Origin: a virus | Lineage: Duplodnaviria; Caudoviricetes | Direction: 5' to 3' (one strand) | Length of the DNA stretch: 63,884 nucleotides | Virus record (IMG/VR): IMGVR_UViG_3300027734_000065 | Span: 1-63,884 of that record | Shown: positions 45,665 to 54,816 of the stretch, piece by piece | Numbering within the stretch: position 1 is the first letter of the stretch | How the letters are laid out: the number at the start of each line of letters is the position of its first letter | Notes under the pieces: model-generated | The model's database searches: none | What the model saw: the letters and a program-made list of their open reading frames with translations, nothing else | Told to the model about the DNA's origin: nothing | Translations under genes and position numbers: made by a program

Positions 45665-47077
45665 TTACATGTTGTTGAAAATAAATGTCTCATCAATGTA
45701 GGACAAGCGGATGGCCTCCAGGGCATGGGCCGACTCACCGGGTTGACGGGCGGCAATTGATTGTGCCCACGCCTCGCTGGGACTGAGGTACTTCAATGCC
45801 CGGATGTAAGCAACCACTGACCTGATGCTTGGTGCGTCCACAATGTCGGCTGTTTCAACCTTGGCACGGGCGGCATGTATGGCCTTCAATACATGCTCTG
45901 CCAAGTCGGCGGTGCAACCCGTATGGTTGACCACTGCTTGCACCTCTTGCGCCATGGGCAAATAGTCGAATCGAATGATCAGGCTGAACCGATCCAGCAG
46001 GGCAGAATTCATGGGGCGTGTCCCCGCATAGCGGCCACTATCATCCCCATTGCCCAATGTGTTATCGGCCACAAAGGCCAAGACCCCAGGGGCACGGCGG
46101 TGCGTTATTCCCCCATACGACACGGCGCTCTTGCTCTCCAGTAGACCGTTCAAGACCGCCAAAACCCCTGGATCTGCATTCGTTACCTCATCCAAAAGTA
46201 TTACATTTGCAGGGGAGGTGAAAGCTTGCAGAAAATCCCCGTACTTGAAAACGGTTGCCCCGTTCTCCAGGCCAACGGCCCCAATGAAATCCTCGCACGT
46301 TGAGAATTTATTGAAGTTGATGCGTTTAAATGCCCGTCCCGTCCGGGCGCAGAATTCCTGGGCGGTCATTGATTTGCCCGTGCCCCGATCCCCTGCGAAC
46401 CAAGCATTGCTGGAGGTATCTTGGCAAAATGCCAGGGCCTTAATGATGGACTCAGTCCAAATGAACATGGGATCGATGGCCGGGGCATCGGGGTGCGTGT
46501 AAACATCGAACATCAGGGGGTTGCCCTTTGTGTCGTTCACTTCAATGCCAAAAACACTCAGCGCAGATTGTCGGACGCTGGTCAACGGGGCGAGAGCGGC
46601 CACAATGGACTCAGCACCAGCACCCCGCACCGCCGCCTCGAACGGGGCGAATGCGTCAGCGATCAAGCGGCCAACCTGGGCATGCACCGCCTGGGGGTCA
46701 ACCCCCTGCACCTTCTCGCCCAATGCGTTGGCAACCTTGCGGAGTGCCGCCACTTCATTGAACAAAATCGCAGATGCATTGGTTGAATGCTTGGCCTCAC
46801 TGATGGCCTTGTCGGCACGGGCGAGGGCATCAAGGGCAGACTGTTCAGCACGGGACGCAACCGCTTGGACGGCATCATTGATCTGGGCAGGTGCGGCGGC
46901 TTTAGCCCCGGCGGCCTCCATGTCGGTGCGGGTGAAGGCGTGGGCATCCAGCCCACTCAGCAACCACTGGAAAATGTCGTTTGCGTTTGCGCCGACAACG
47001 GGTTTGTTGTTCAGTGCGTTGTAAGCCCGGATGCGGGTTGACAGGGGCAGGGACTGAATGAATTGTGCGTTTGTCAT
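45665..47077 (-). CDS. MoxR/CobS/CbbQ-like AAA+ ATPase
   Basis: Walker A GDRGTGKS, Walker B ILLDEV, NTLGNGD..GRYAGT..MN.ALLDRF; probable ATG at 47077. Confidence 0.88.
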   Translation of the reverse strand: MTNAQFIQSLPLSTRIRAYNALNNKPVVGANANDIFQWLLSGLDAHAFTRTDMEAAGAKAAAPAQINDAVQAVASRAEQSALDALARADKAISEAKHSTNASAILFNEVAALRKVANALGEKVQGVDPQAVHAQVGRLIADAFAPFEAAVRGAGAESIVAALAPLTSVRQSALSVFGIEVNDTKGNPLMFDVYTHPDAPAIDPMFIWTESIIKALAFCQDTSSNAWFAGDRGTGKSMTAQEFCARTGRAFKRINFNKFSTCEDFIGAVGLENGATVFKYGDFLQAFTSPANVILLDEVTNADPGVLAVLNGLLESKSAVSYGGITHRRAPGVLAFVADNTLGNGDDSGRYAGTRPMNSALLDRFSLIIRFDYLPMAQEVQAVVNHTGCTADLAEHVLKAIHAARAKVETADIVDAPSIRSVVAYIRALKYLSPSEAWAQSIAARQPGESAHALEAIRLSYIDETFIFNNM

Positions 47078-47087
47078 GGTGGTCACC

Positions 47088-47675
47088 TTATGCAAATTGA
47101 AACAGAGAACGATCATTGGGGCAGATGGGCAGGTTTGTAGAACCGTCAGCGGCATACGCCCATTTGTTGGTCAGGCGCACGGCATAGTTGCATTTGGGGC
47201 ATTTCGCCAAAATCATGCGGGTGCTTTGCTTGGCTTTGAGGTAGGGGTTGACCTTGGCATGCGGGTACAGGCCCAACTCAGCCAACAGGTCATTGGGGCG
47301 AAAGCTTGGCCCCGCCACGGTTCTAGTCCAAGGGTTGGCGGTCTTGCCGTCTGCGATCAAGCCAAGGTCAGATGCGATCCGAACGAATGCGGGGCCATGC
47401 TTGGATGCCCCGGCGGTTGCGGCGCAAAGGCCATGGATCAGTCGGGCGAGAACAACAGCGGGGTCATCCAGTGTCCATGAAACAGTGATTTCAACCGCCC
47501 GGTCAGATGACTGACTGTCACTGAGCGTGACCACTTCCAGGCCATGGCGGCTGAAGTTGGGGGTCTCAGCACAGGCGACACGGATGGACGCAGGGACGGG
47601 CGCACCCGCCGCCACAAAATGGGGCCGTAGCAGGTCAATCGCCTGGGTCAGCCACTCTTCACGGGTTTGAAACAT
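47088..47675 (-). CDS. SprT-like protein with degenerate zinc site and C-terminal zinc ribbon
   Basis: TREEWL; LIHGLCAA...HGPAF; CPKC.Y..R...PICP; AGGAG RBS. Confidence 0.6.
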   Translation of the reverse strand: MFQTREEWLTQAIDLLRPHFVAAGAPVPASIRVACAETPNFSRHGLEVVTLSDSQSSDRAVEITVSWTLDDPAVVLARLIHGLCAATAGASKHGPAFVRIASDLGLIADGKTANPWTRTVAGPSFRPNDLLAELGLYPHAKVNPYLKAKQSTRMILAKCPKCNYAVRLTNKWAYAADGSTNLPICPNDRSLFQFA

Positions 47676-47736
47676 ATTGTTACTCCTGGTTGTTGATGAA
47701 ATGAACACTGCAATGCCCGTCAGGGCATGGCGCTGG

Positions 47737-47889
47737 TCACTCTTCTTCATTGAGGGCCATGGTCACGACATGGCCCATGTAGAACCCCCCGGCCACAACC
47801 AAGGCCATCCACAGATAGCCCCCGGTGAGGTTCTGCAACCCCACATAAATTAACAGCACGGACACGATGGACATGAAGATGTTGTACAT
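47737..47889 (-). CDS. Small membrane protein (MYNIFMSIV...)
   Basis: AAGGA RBS; two hydrophobic segments. Confidence 0.55.
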   Translation of the reverse strand: MYNIFMSIVSVLLIYVGLQNLTGGYLWMALVVAGGFYMGHVVTMALNEEE

Positions 47890-47934
47890 GGTTGATTCCT
47901 TTGAAGTTGTTGCGATATTGTCTAAACGGTTCTG

Positions 47935-47964
47935 ATGATAGCAAAGTTTACACGGTGGGTGCAA
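47935..47964 (-). promoter_or_regulatory. Early sigma70-type promoter
   Basis: Minus strand TTGCAC-18 bp-TATCAT with TG extension; GTGTAAAC in the spacer. Confidence 0.45.
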
Positions 47965-48283
47965 GGGTTTTCCCTGCACCGTCCAGCACGGCGTTGAAAC
48001 GAACCGATCCAATGGTTTCAATGAGGCCCTCCACCTGGGCAAAGGCCATGGCCCGAACCTCTTTGAGGCTGAACCCTTTGGTGGACACGGGGCAACCCTT
48101 GTACATGCCACGCACGGTGAGCACCACGCCCCCGGTGCGGGGATCGGACACAACCCAATGATCCTGGGGGGACTTGTGCAGGTGCAAGCAGTGAGTGGTT
48201 GACCCGGCGGTGACCACAACAATGTGGGACTTGACCTCGCCAATGATGGAACCGTCTTTACGGCGCATGGTGATTGAAGGCAT
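47948..48283 (-). CDS. Hypothetical early protein (MPSITMRRKD...)
   Basis: GGAG RBS before ATG 48283, in frame with track ORF 47948..48394. Confidence 0.6.
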   Translation of the reverse strand: MPSITMRRKDGSIIGEVKSHIVVVTAGSTTHCLHLHKSPQDHWVVSDPRTGGVVLTVRGMYKGCPVSTKGFSLKEVRAMAFAQVEGLIETIGSVRFNAVLDGAGKTLAPTV

Positions 48284-48353
48284 AAATTTCTCCAGGTTAT
48301 CGGGCAACATTGCCACTCCCATGCCCCCCGTGGGAGGCATGCGGGTGTAAACG

Positions 48354-48632
48354 TCAGGCCATTGCGGTGCGAATATCCTCACCGCAAGTGGCACGGCTGA
48401 TGATGTTCTGCCACTCGCTTATGGGGTTGTGGTCAAGGTCAAATTGAAGCTTTTCACGGTCAACCAGGGAACTACGCTTGGCCCACTGCAATTGCTGATG
48501 GGTGAACATGGCCCTGGTGCAAACATCCCAATTGGTTGCGTTGGGGTTTTTGACAAAAGCTTTATGGGCCTCAGTCAATGCGTTTTTGACCAGGGTTTCA
48601 CAGGTCATGTCGATGTAGATGGTAGGTTTCAT
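48354..48632 (-). CDS. Hypothetical early protein
   Basis: First gene of the leftward operon; AAAGG RBS. Confidence 0.65.
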   Translation of the reverse strand: MKPTIYIDMTCETLVKNALTEAHKAFVKNPNATNWDVCTRAMFTHQQLQWAKRSSLVDREKLQFDLDHNPISEWQNIISRATCGEDIRTAMA

Positions 48633-49072
48633 GGTTGCCTTTCAGGTGTTTAAACAAGTTGCGGTGATAGCAGTACAACGCCAAGGTTGATATTGACGTT
48701 GACATGAAGTTACTAGGACAAACCCTCATGTATAAAACTACAGTGGTTGGCGATTGGATGCCTTCTATATAGATGCACCGGGACTCTGCGTTTGAACTCA
48801 TTAGGATTACAACGGGAAGTATTAACGGGACGCTGAAAATGAGTACATATAGGAAAGTACTAGAAAACGATCAGAACGGCCTACAAGGCCCCTAAAACGG
48901 CGAGTGGCGGGGTGGGTAGCCTGATTTGGAATAACGCAAGCAAGGGGTGTTCTGATGCGTCCTAGAGGCATGTCGGTTTATACAGTAATCACAGGGTTAT
49001 CCCTTAGAACTTTCCTGCGTTTTGAATTCATATGCACTACAGGCCAAGGCCAATCTGTGTACCTCTGAGGTA

Positions 49073-49136
49073 TGTGGATAGGCTTGTGGGTAAGGTTGTT
49101 GATGAAATTGTGGACAAGTGCATAAGTTGTGGATAA
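49073..49136 (-). promoter_or_regulatory. Array of DnaA-box-like 9-mers
   Basis: TGTGGATAG, TGTGGGTAA, TGTTGATGA, TGTGGACAA at 12-bp spacing, then AGTGCATAA and a perfect TGTGGATAA (=TTATCCACA). Confidence 0.65.
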
Positions 49137-49199
49137 GATGCGAACAATGCTGGGTGTTTGTCCAGTATGGGAATAACCACAGATGCAAGGATGTGAGCA

Positions 49200-49904
49200 A
49201 TGGCTAACATAGGCAAGTTGAGTGCTGATGAGTACCGGGCGGCATTGGATGAGGCGATGCGGGATGATGATCAGGTTGATCAGGAAGAGCCGGGGGACGA
49301 ATTGAGCGGAGCGGAACGGATGGCGCATGACGCAGACAAGCCAAGGACACGCAGGGATGGAAAGCATGTAGGTAGTGAATGGAAAAAATACCAACCGTTG
49401 ACGGCCCTCCAATTGAAGTTCTGTCAGGGAGTCATAGAGGGCAGGACGCTGAAAGCGTCATACCGGGCGGCATACAACACCAATGCAGGTGATGCCACTG
49501 TTTCGGCCAATGCCAACAAACTGATGAGGGATCCACGCATTGCCAAGGTACTGGAAGAGGCCTGGAGCGAGACCATTGAACATCTGGCAGATGATGCGGC
49601 GGCATCAAAGAGGTACGTTCTGAAACAGCTTCTGGCACTTAGTAAGAGTAGTCAACCTGGGACGCAACTCAGGGCCTTGGAACTCATGGGTAAAGCATGC
49701 GGCTTGTTTACACCAATGGTCAGTGAAGGTGATGCACCTGTGAGTGCTGACCAGTTGAAACGTGAACTGCAAGCCCACATAAGACTGCTAGAGCGATCCA
49801 CTGGTGTCAGCGCCCAGGATACGGTCATCAAGCGCTTGCGTGTGCCGGTGGCGGTTGACGATGGGCAGGACGGCGAGGGTACGGTACTCCAGGCCCCCCT
49901 GTAG
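49200..49904 (+). CDS. terS: Terminase small subunit
   Basis: LT..Q.KF......SYRAAY...ANKL...RI HTH; ALELMGK; upstream of terL. Confidence 0.75.
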   Translation: MANIGKLSADEYRAALDEAMRDDDQVDQEEPGDELSGAERMAHDADKPRTRRDGKHVGSEWKKYQPLTALQLKFCQGVIEGRTLKASYRAAYNTNAGDATVSANANKLMRDPRIAKVLEEAWSETIEHLADDAAASKRYVLKQLLALSKSSQPGTQLRALELMGKACGLFTPMVSEGDAPVSADQLKRELQAHIRLLERSTGVSAQDTVIKRLRVPVAVDDGQDGEGTVLQAPL

Positions 49905-50068
49905 GCCAGCGACCACCCGCCTGCGCTCTACACTGTATTCCACTCATACCCTCCCCCCCCCCCAACAATTGTTCGCATTCCCACCCCACCCCCCTCAATA
50001 TGAGAAACCATATCTGAAGTACCTGTTTTAAAACAGGGGGGGGTATATATGTGAGTGAGTGCTTGCAC

Positions 50069-50080
50069 GAACACTTGTTC
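50069..50080. promoter_or_regulatory. GAAC-N4-GTTC palindrome (SOS-box-like operator)
   Basis: CGAACACTTGTTC 18 bp upstream of the LexA-like gene. Confidence 0.45.
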
Positions 50081-50097
50081 TCGTTTAAACTTCGGCC

Positions 50098-50337
50098 ATG
50101 GAACTTGTAACCGAACGCAGAAAACTTGTCTTGGACTTCATCCGGGCCTATGTGCGTTTACACGGCATCCCTCCGAGCTACGATGTGATAGCCCGTGGAT
50201 TAGGGATGAAGTCCCGTTCCAATATCCACAGGATTGTCCACAGGCTGAAGTCCGATGGTTTCATCACTGTCAAGCCCAGGAAGTTCTACGGTGTCCGGTT
50301 GGTTGATAAATCTGTTGAGAAAATGTTGTCCCTATGA
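50098..50337 (+). CDS. LexA-like DNA-binding domain protein (no peptidase domain)
   Basis: T.R...VLDFI......G.PPSY..IA..LG.KS......V..L...G.I winged-HTH signature. Confidence 0.8.
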   Translation: MELVTERRKLVLDFIRAYVRLHGIPPSYDVIARGLGMKSRSNIHRIVHRLKSDGFITVKPRKFYGVRLVDKSVEKMLSL

Positions 50338-51830
50338 GCCTCCTTACCCGTAAGGAAGTGGACGGCTATATCAGCATGGTGGACAGAGTTCCGGATGCAG
50401 AACGCAAGAAGATCTTTGCCCTACTGGAGATGGACAGGGTTGAGCGGTGCAGGGAGTCCTACCTGTTCTTTGTCCAGCAGATGTGGCCGATATTCATATC
50501 GGGCAAACATCACCAGATCATGGCAAATGCCTTTGAACGTGTTGTCAATGGGGATTTGAAACGTCTGATCATCAACATGCCTCCCAGGCATACCAAGTCA
50601 GAGTTTGCCTCCTTTTTGCTTCCAGCTTGGTTCTTGGGTAAGCACCCGGAGAAGAAGATCATCCAGACCGCCCACACTGCCGAGTTGGCCGTGGGGTTTG
50701 GACGTAAAGTCCGCAATCTTGTCCAGTCGGAGGATTACAGGAAGATCTTCAATACGCAGTTGTCTTCAGATTCAAAGGCCGCTGGCCGGTGGAACACGGA
50801 CAAAGGTGGTGACTACTTCGCTATTGGTGTTGGGGGAGCCGTTACCGGAAAAGGCGCAGATGTATTGATCATTGATGACCCGCATTCTGAGCAGGAGGCC
50901 AAGCAGGGCAACCCTGCGGTGTTTGACAATGTCTATGAATGGTACACATCTGGCCCTCGTCAGCGTTTACAGCCGGGTGGGGCCATCATCATTGTGATGA
51001 CAAGGTGGTCAAAGAGGGATTTGACAGGCCAAATCCTCAAGAATTCGGAGAAAGACGGGGTAAATGAGTGGGAAGTGATTGATTTCCCGGCCATTTTGCC
51101 CTCTGGAACCCCTTTGTGGCCTGCGTTTTGGAAGAAAGAGGAGCTAGAAGCCCTCAAAGCTGAACTTCCAGTGGCTAAATGGGAGGCTCAGTACCAACAA
51201 AACCCCACATCTGAGGAAGGGGCCATCATAAAGCGGGATATGTGGCGGCTTTGGGAGAAAGAAGACCCTCCCCCGTGTGATTACATCATCCAATCCTGGG
51301 ATACAGCCTTTGAAACCAACAACCGTGCCGACTATTCGGCCTGTACCACCTGGGGAATCTTCGATCATTCCGATGGGAAAGGCAACTTACGTCCAAACAT
51401 CATCCTTCTGGATGCGTTTAAACAACGACTTGAGTTCCCGGAGCTAAAGAAGAAGGCATATGAGATGTATCAGGAATGGAACCCGGACACATTGATCGTG
51501 GAGAAGAGGGCGGCAGGCGCTCCCTTGATCTATGAGATGCGTAGGACAGGAATTCCGGTGTCGGAATATACACCGGGCAAAGGAAACGATAAGATCGCCC
51601 GTGTAAACGCTATTGCTGACCTGTTTGCGTCCGGGATGGTTTGGTGTCCAGATCACCGATGGGCTGAAGAAGTCGTAGAAGAAATGGCTTCATTCCCCAA
51701 CGGGGACAACGATGACCTTGTGGACTCAAGTAGCCAAGCTTTGATGCGGTTTCGCCAAGGCGGGTTTATTTCCATCGATTCAGATGAGCCAGATGAACCC
51801 ATTTATCGCAGGAAAGCGGAGTATTACTAA
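50334..51830 (+). CDS. terL: Terminase large subunit
   Basis: INMPPRHTKS, IIDDPH, VMTRW, QSWDTA, FPNGDNDDLVDS. Confidence 0.95.
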   Translation: MSLLTRKEVDGYISMVDRVPDAERKKIFALLEMDRVERCRESYLFFVQQMWPIFISGKHHQIMANAFERVVNGDLKRLIINMPPRHTKSEFASFLLPAWFLGKHPEKKIIQTAHTAELAVGFGRKVRNLVQSEDYRKIFNTQLSSDSKAAGRWNTDKGGDYFAIGVGGAVTGKGADVLIIDDPHSEQEAKQGNPAVFDNVYEWYTSGPRQRLQPGGAIIIVMTRWSKRDLTGQILKNSEKDGVNEWEVIDFPAILPSGTPLWPAFWKKEELEALKAELPVAKWEAQYQQNPTSEEGAIIKRDMWRLWEKEDPPPCDYIIQSWDTAFETNNRADYSACTTWGIFDHSDGKGNLRPNIILLDAFKQRLEFPELKKKAYEMYQEWNPDTLIVEKRAAGAPLIYEMRRTGIPVSEYTPGKGNDKIARVNAIADLFASGMVWCPDHRWAEEVVEEMASFPNGDNDDLVDSSSQALMRFRQGGFISIDSDEPDEPIYRRKAEYY

Positions 51831-51838
51831 GGATCATT

Positions 51839-54220
51839 ATGGCTAACTTTGACAAAGCACTTTACCCCGCCCCAACGGGCATGGATGACTCCCGTGGCGT
51901 GAGTATTGAGATTGAAGACCCGGAGTCTGTAACGATTGACACCGGGGACGTTGAGATCACCCTGGAGCCAGAGAATGATTACGGCGGGGACTTTGATTCA
52001 AACCTCGCAGAAATCCTGGACGAAGGTGAACTATCCACCATCTCATCTGACCTCATGGAGTTAGTGGACGCTGACATATCCTCACGCAAGGATTGGGCAG
52101 AAACCTTTGTCAAGGGCCTGGAAGTGTTGGGGATGAACTATGAAGAAAGAACGCAGCCTTGGAACGGAGCATGCGGTGTTTTCTCAACCATCTTGACGGA
52201 AGCGGCCATCAAGTTTCAGGCCGAGTCCATCATGGAAACCTTCCCAGCCCAAGGCCCGGTCAAGACCGAGATCATTGGTGCGATTGACAAGATGAAGGAA
52301 GACGCAGCAGAACGTGTCCGGGATGACATGAACTTCAAGCTGACGGAAGAAATGCCCGAGTACCGCCCGGAGCACGAACGGATGCTCTACTCCCTGGGAC
52401 TTTCGGGTTCTGCGTTTAAAAAGGTCTACTACGACCCAGCCATGGGACGGCAGGTAGCCCTGTATATCCCGGCAGAGGACGTAATCGTGCCTTACGGGGC
52501 ATCGAATTTAAACAACGCAGAACGGGTCACGCATGTGATGCGTAAGACCAAGAATGAGATCAAGAAGCTTCAGGTCAGCGGGTTTTACCGGGAAATAGAC
52601 CTTGGCGACCCCGTCAACATAATGACGGACATTGAGAAGAAAAAGGCCGAACAGCAGGGTTATAAAGCTTCCGATGACAACCGCTACCAGATCCTTGAGA
52701 TCCACACTGACCTGGACATTGAAGGGTTTGAGGATGTGGACAAAGACGGGGAACCTACCGGCATCGCCCTGCCTTATGTAGTGACCATCGACCGTGGAAC
52801 CGGGGATGTCCTGGCAATTTACCGCAACTGGTTAGAAGACGATGACATCAAAGCCAAACGCCAGCATTTCGTGGACTACTGTTATATCCCAGGATTTGGC
52901 TTCTACGGGATGGGTCTGATCCATGTGATCGGCGGCTATGCCCGTGCAGGTACTTCCCTGATTCGCCAGTTGGTGGATGCGGGGACTTTGTCCAATCTGC
53001 CCGGTGGATTGAAGTCCCGTGGCATGCGGATCAAAGGAGATGACACCCCAATCGCCCCAGGTGAATTCCGGGACGTTGATGTGCCAAGCGGAGCGATCAA
53101 AGACAACGTCATGGCGCTCCCGTATAAGGAGCCAAGCGCAACCCTCCTGACTCTGCTCAATCAGATCACAGAAGAGGGACGCAGATTGGGTTCCATCTCT
53201 GACATGAAGATCAGTGATATGAGTTCCCAGGCCCCCGTAGGGACAACCCTGGCAATTCTGGAAAGAACCCTGAAAACTATGGGAGCCGTTCAGGCCCGTG
53301 TCCATTACTCCATGAAGCAGGAATTCAAACTGCTCAAGGGAATCATCCGGGACTATGCACCCAGTGAGTATGAATACGACCCCCAGGGCGGGAACCGCAA
53401 GGCCAAGCAGTCTGACTACGACATCGTTGAGGTGATTCCGGTCAGTGACCCGAACTCCAGCACGATGGCCCAGCGGATCATGCAGTATCAGGCGGTGATT
53501 CAGTTGTCCGCTCAGGCCCCGCAGATCTACAACCTGCCCAATCTGCACCGTCAGATGATTGAAGTTTTGGGGATCAAGAACGCAGATAAGCTGGTTCCAG
53601 TGGATGATGACCAAACACCACGGGATCCTGTCAGCGAGAACATGGCATTCCTCAACGGGAAGCCAACCCAGGCATTTATCTACCAAGATCACGATGCCCA
53701 CATCGCCGCTCACACATCCTTCATGCAGGATCCAATGATTGCCCAGACTATCGGACAAAACCCAATGGCCCAGAAGATCCAGGCGGCGGCAATGTCCCAC
53801 ATTGCAGAGCATTTGGCGTTCCAGTACCGCAGGAAGATCGAAGAGCAGATCGGCGTGCCATTGCCTCCCCCTGACCAGAAACTGCCAGAGGACATTGAAA
53901 TTCAGGTGTCCCGGTTGGTGGCCGATGGTGCAAAACAACTCCTCCAGGCAAATCAGGCCCAGGCCCAACAGGCCCAAGCCCAGCAACAGGCGCAGGATCC
54001 CATGGTTCAAATGCAACAGCAGGAACTGCAAATCAAGCAGATGGATGCCCAGGCAAAGGCGCAGAAGTATCAGAGCGATGCTCAGATCGCCCAGGCCCGT
54101 TTAAACATTGAGTCGCAGCGCATTGCGAATCAGAAGGAAATGGACATGGCCCGTATTGCCTCGCAGGAGAAGCAGGCCAACCAGAAAGTTCAAGTGGACA
54201 TATTTAAACGGAATCAATGA
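51839..54220 (+). CDS. Portal protein
   Basis: Follows terL; SAFKKVYYD, PGFGFYG.GL, DAGTLSNLPGG; Gln-rich barrel at the C-terminus. Confidence 0.88.
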   Translation: MANFDKALYPAPTGMDDSRGVSIEIEDPESVTIDTGDVEITLEPENDYGGDFDSNLAEILDEGELSTISSDLMELVDADISSRKDWAETFVKGLEVLGMNYEERTQPWNGACGVFSTILTEAAIKFQAESIMETFPAQGPVKTEIIGAIDKMKEDAAERVRDDMNFKLTEEMPEYRPEHERMLYSLGLSGSAFKKVYYDPAMGRQVALYIPAEDVIVPYGASNLNNAERVTHVMRKTKNEIKKLQVSGFYREIDLGDPVNIMTDIEKKKAEQQGYKASDDNRYQILEIHTDLDIEGFEDVDKDGEPTGIALPYVVTIDRGTGDVLAIYRNWLEDDDIKAKRQHFVDYCYIPGFGFYGMGLIHVIGGYARAGTSLIRQLVDAGTLSNLPGGLKSRGMRIKGDDTPIAPGEFRDVDVPSGAIKDNVMALPYKEPSATLLTLLNQITEEGRRLGSISDMKISDMSSQAPVGTTLAILERTLKTMGAVQARVHYSMKQEFKLLKGIIRDYAPSEYEYDPQGGNRKAKQSDYDIVEVIPVSDPNSSTMAQRIMQYQAVIQLSAQAPQIYNLPNLHRQMIEVLGIKNADKLVPVDDDQTPRDPVSENMAFLNGKPTQAFIYQDHDAHIAAHTSFMQDPMIAQTIGQNPMAQKIQAAAMSHIAEHLAFQYRRKIEEQIGVPLPPPDQKLPEDIEIQVSRLVADGAKQLLQANQAQAQQAQAQQQAQDPMVQMQQQELQIKQMDAQAKAQKYQSDAQIAQARLNIESQRIANQKEMDMARIASQEKQANQKVQVDIFKRNQ

Positions 54221-54417
54221 TGCTAGATCAAGCAATTAATTACCTCATCAAAGAACTGAAAGAGCGGGAATCGAGCCTGCTCGAAAGTCTTGGAGGGGGC
54301 GCAGCGCAAGACTACGCCTCCTACCGGGAAGTGTGCGGCAACATTCGGGGTCTGCTGTTTGCACAAACTTTAATCTCCGACCTTGCGAAAAAAATGGAGA
54401 ACTTTGACGATGAGTGA
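54217..54417 (+). CDS. Small conserved head-module protein
   Basis: DYASYREVCG.IRGL motif. Confidence 0.7.
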   Translation: MMLDQAINYLIKELKERESSLLESLGGGAAQDYASYREVCGNIRGLLFAQTLISDLAKKMENFDDE

Positions 54418-54808
54418 ATTTGATGTTGCGGCTGTAGATCTGTCGGGTATTTTGAATACCACGGCAGAGGAGAAGGCAAAACAAGTGCCTGATCCAGCTA
54501 CGTTCTACCTTCTATGCGTCCTCCCGGACATTGAGGAGGAGTATGAAAGTGGTCTGATTAAGTCCGGGCAAACCATACATTTCGAGGAAATACTGTCGCC
54601 GGTACTCTTTGTGGTGAAGATGGGGCCTGATGCTTTTAAGGACACCAATCGTTTCCCGTCCGGGCCTTCGTGCAAGGTGGGAGATTTCGTTCTTGTCCGT
54701 CCCAATACCGGGACACGGATCAAGATTCATGGCAAAGAATTCCGGTTGATCAACGATGACTCTGTCGAAGGTGTTGTCCAAGATCCCCGTGGAATAACCC
54801 GTGCGTAG
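54410..54808 (+). CDS. GroES-like co-chaperonin
   Basis: SGLI...VVKMGPDAF...CKVGDFVL....G......EFRLINDDSV.GVV. Confidence 0.85.
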   Translation: MSEFDVAAVDLSGILNTTAEEKAKQVPDPATFYLLCVLPDIEEEYESGLIKSGQTIHFEEILSPVLFVVKMGPDAFKDTNRFPSGPSCKVGDFVLVRPNTGTRIKIHGKEFRLINDDSVEGVVQDPRGITRA

Positions 54809-54816
54809 GGGAAGAC

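Noticed and set aside
43940-47077. cobS/cobT as cobalamin-synthesis auxiliary metabolic genes
   Set aside because: No cobN or other cob genes; generic MoxR-vWA pairs are common in phage early regions
52832-54031. 399-aa minus-strand ORF (also 56865-57620 and many shorter ones)
   Set aside because: Antisense shadows of the portal, capsid and other genes caused by codon bias; no RBS or recognisable motifs
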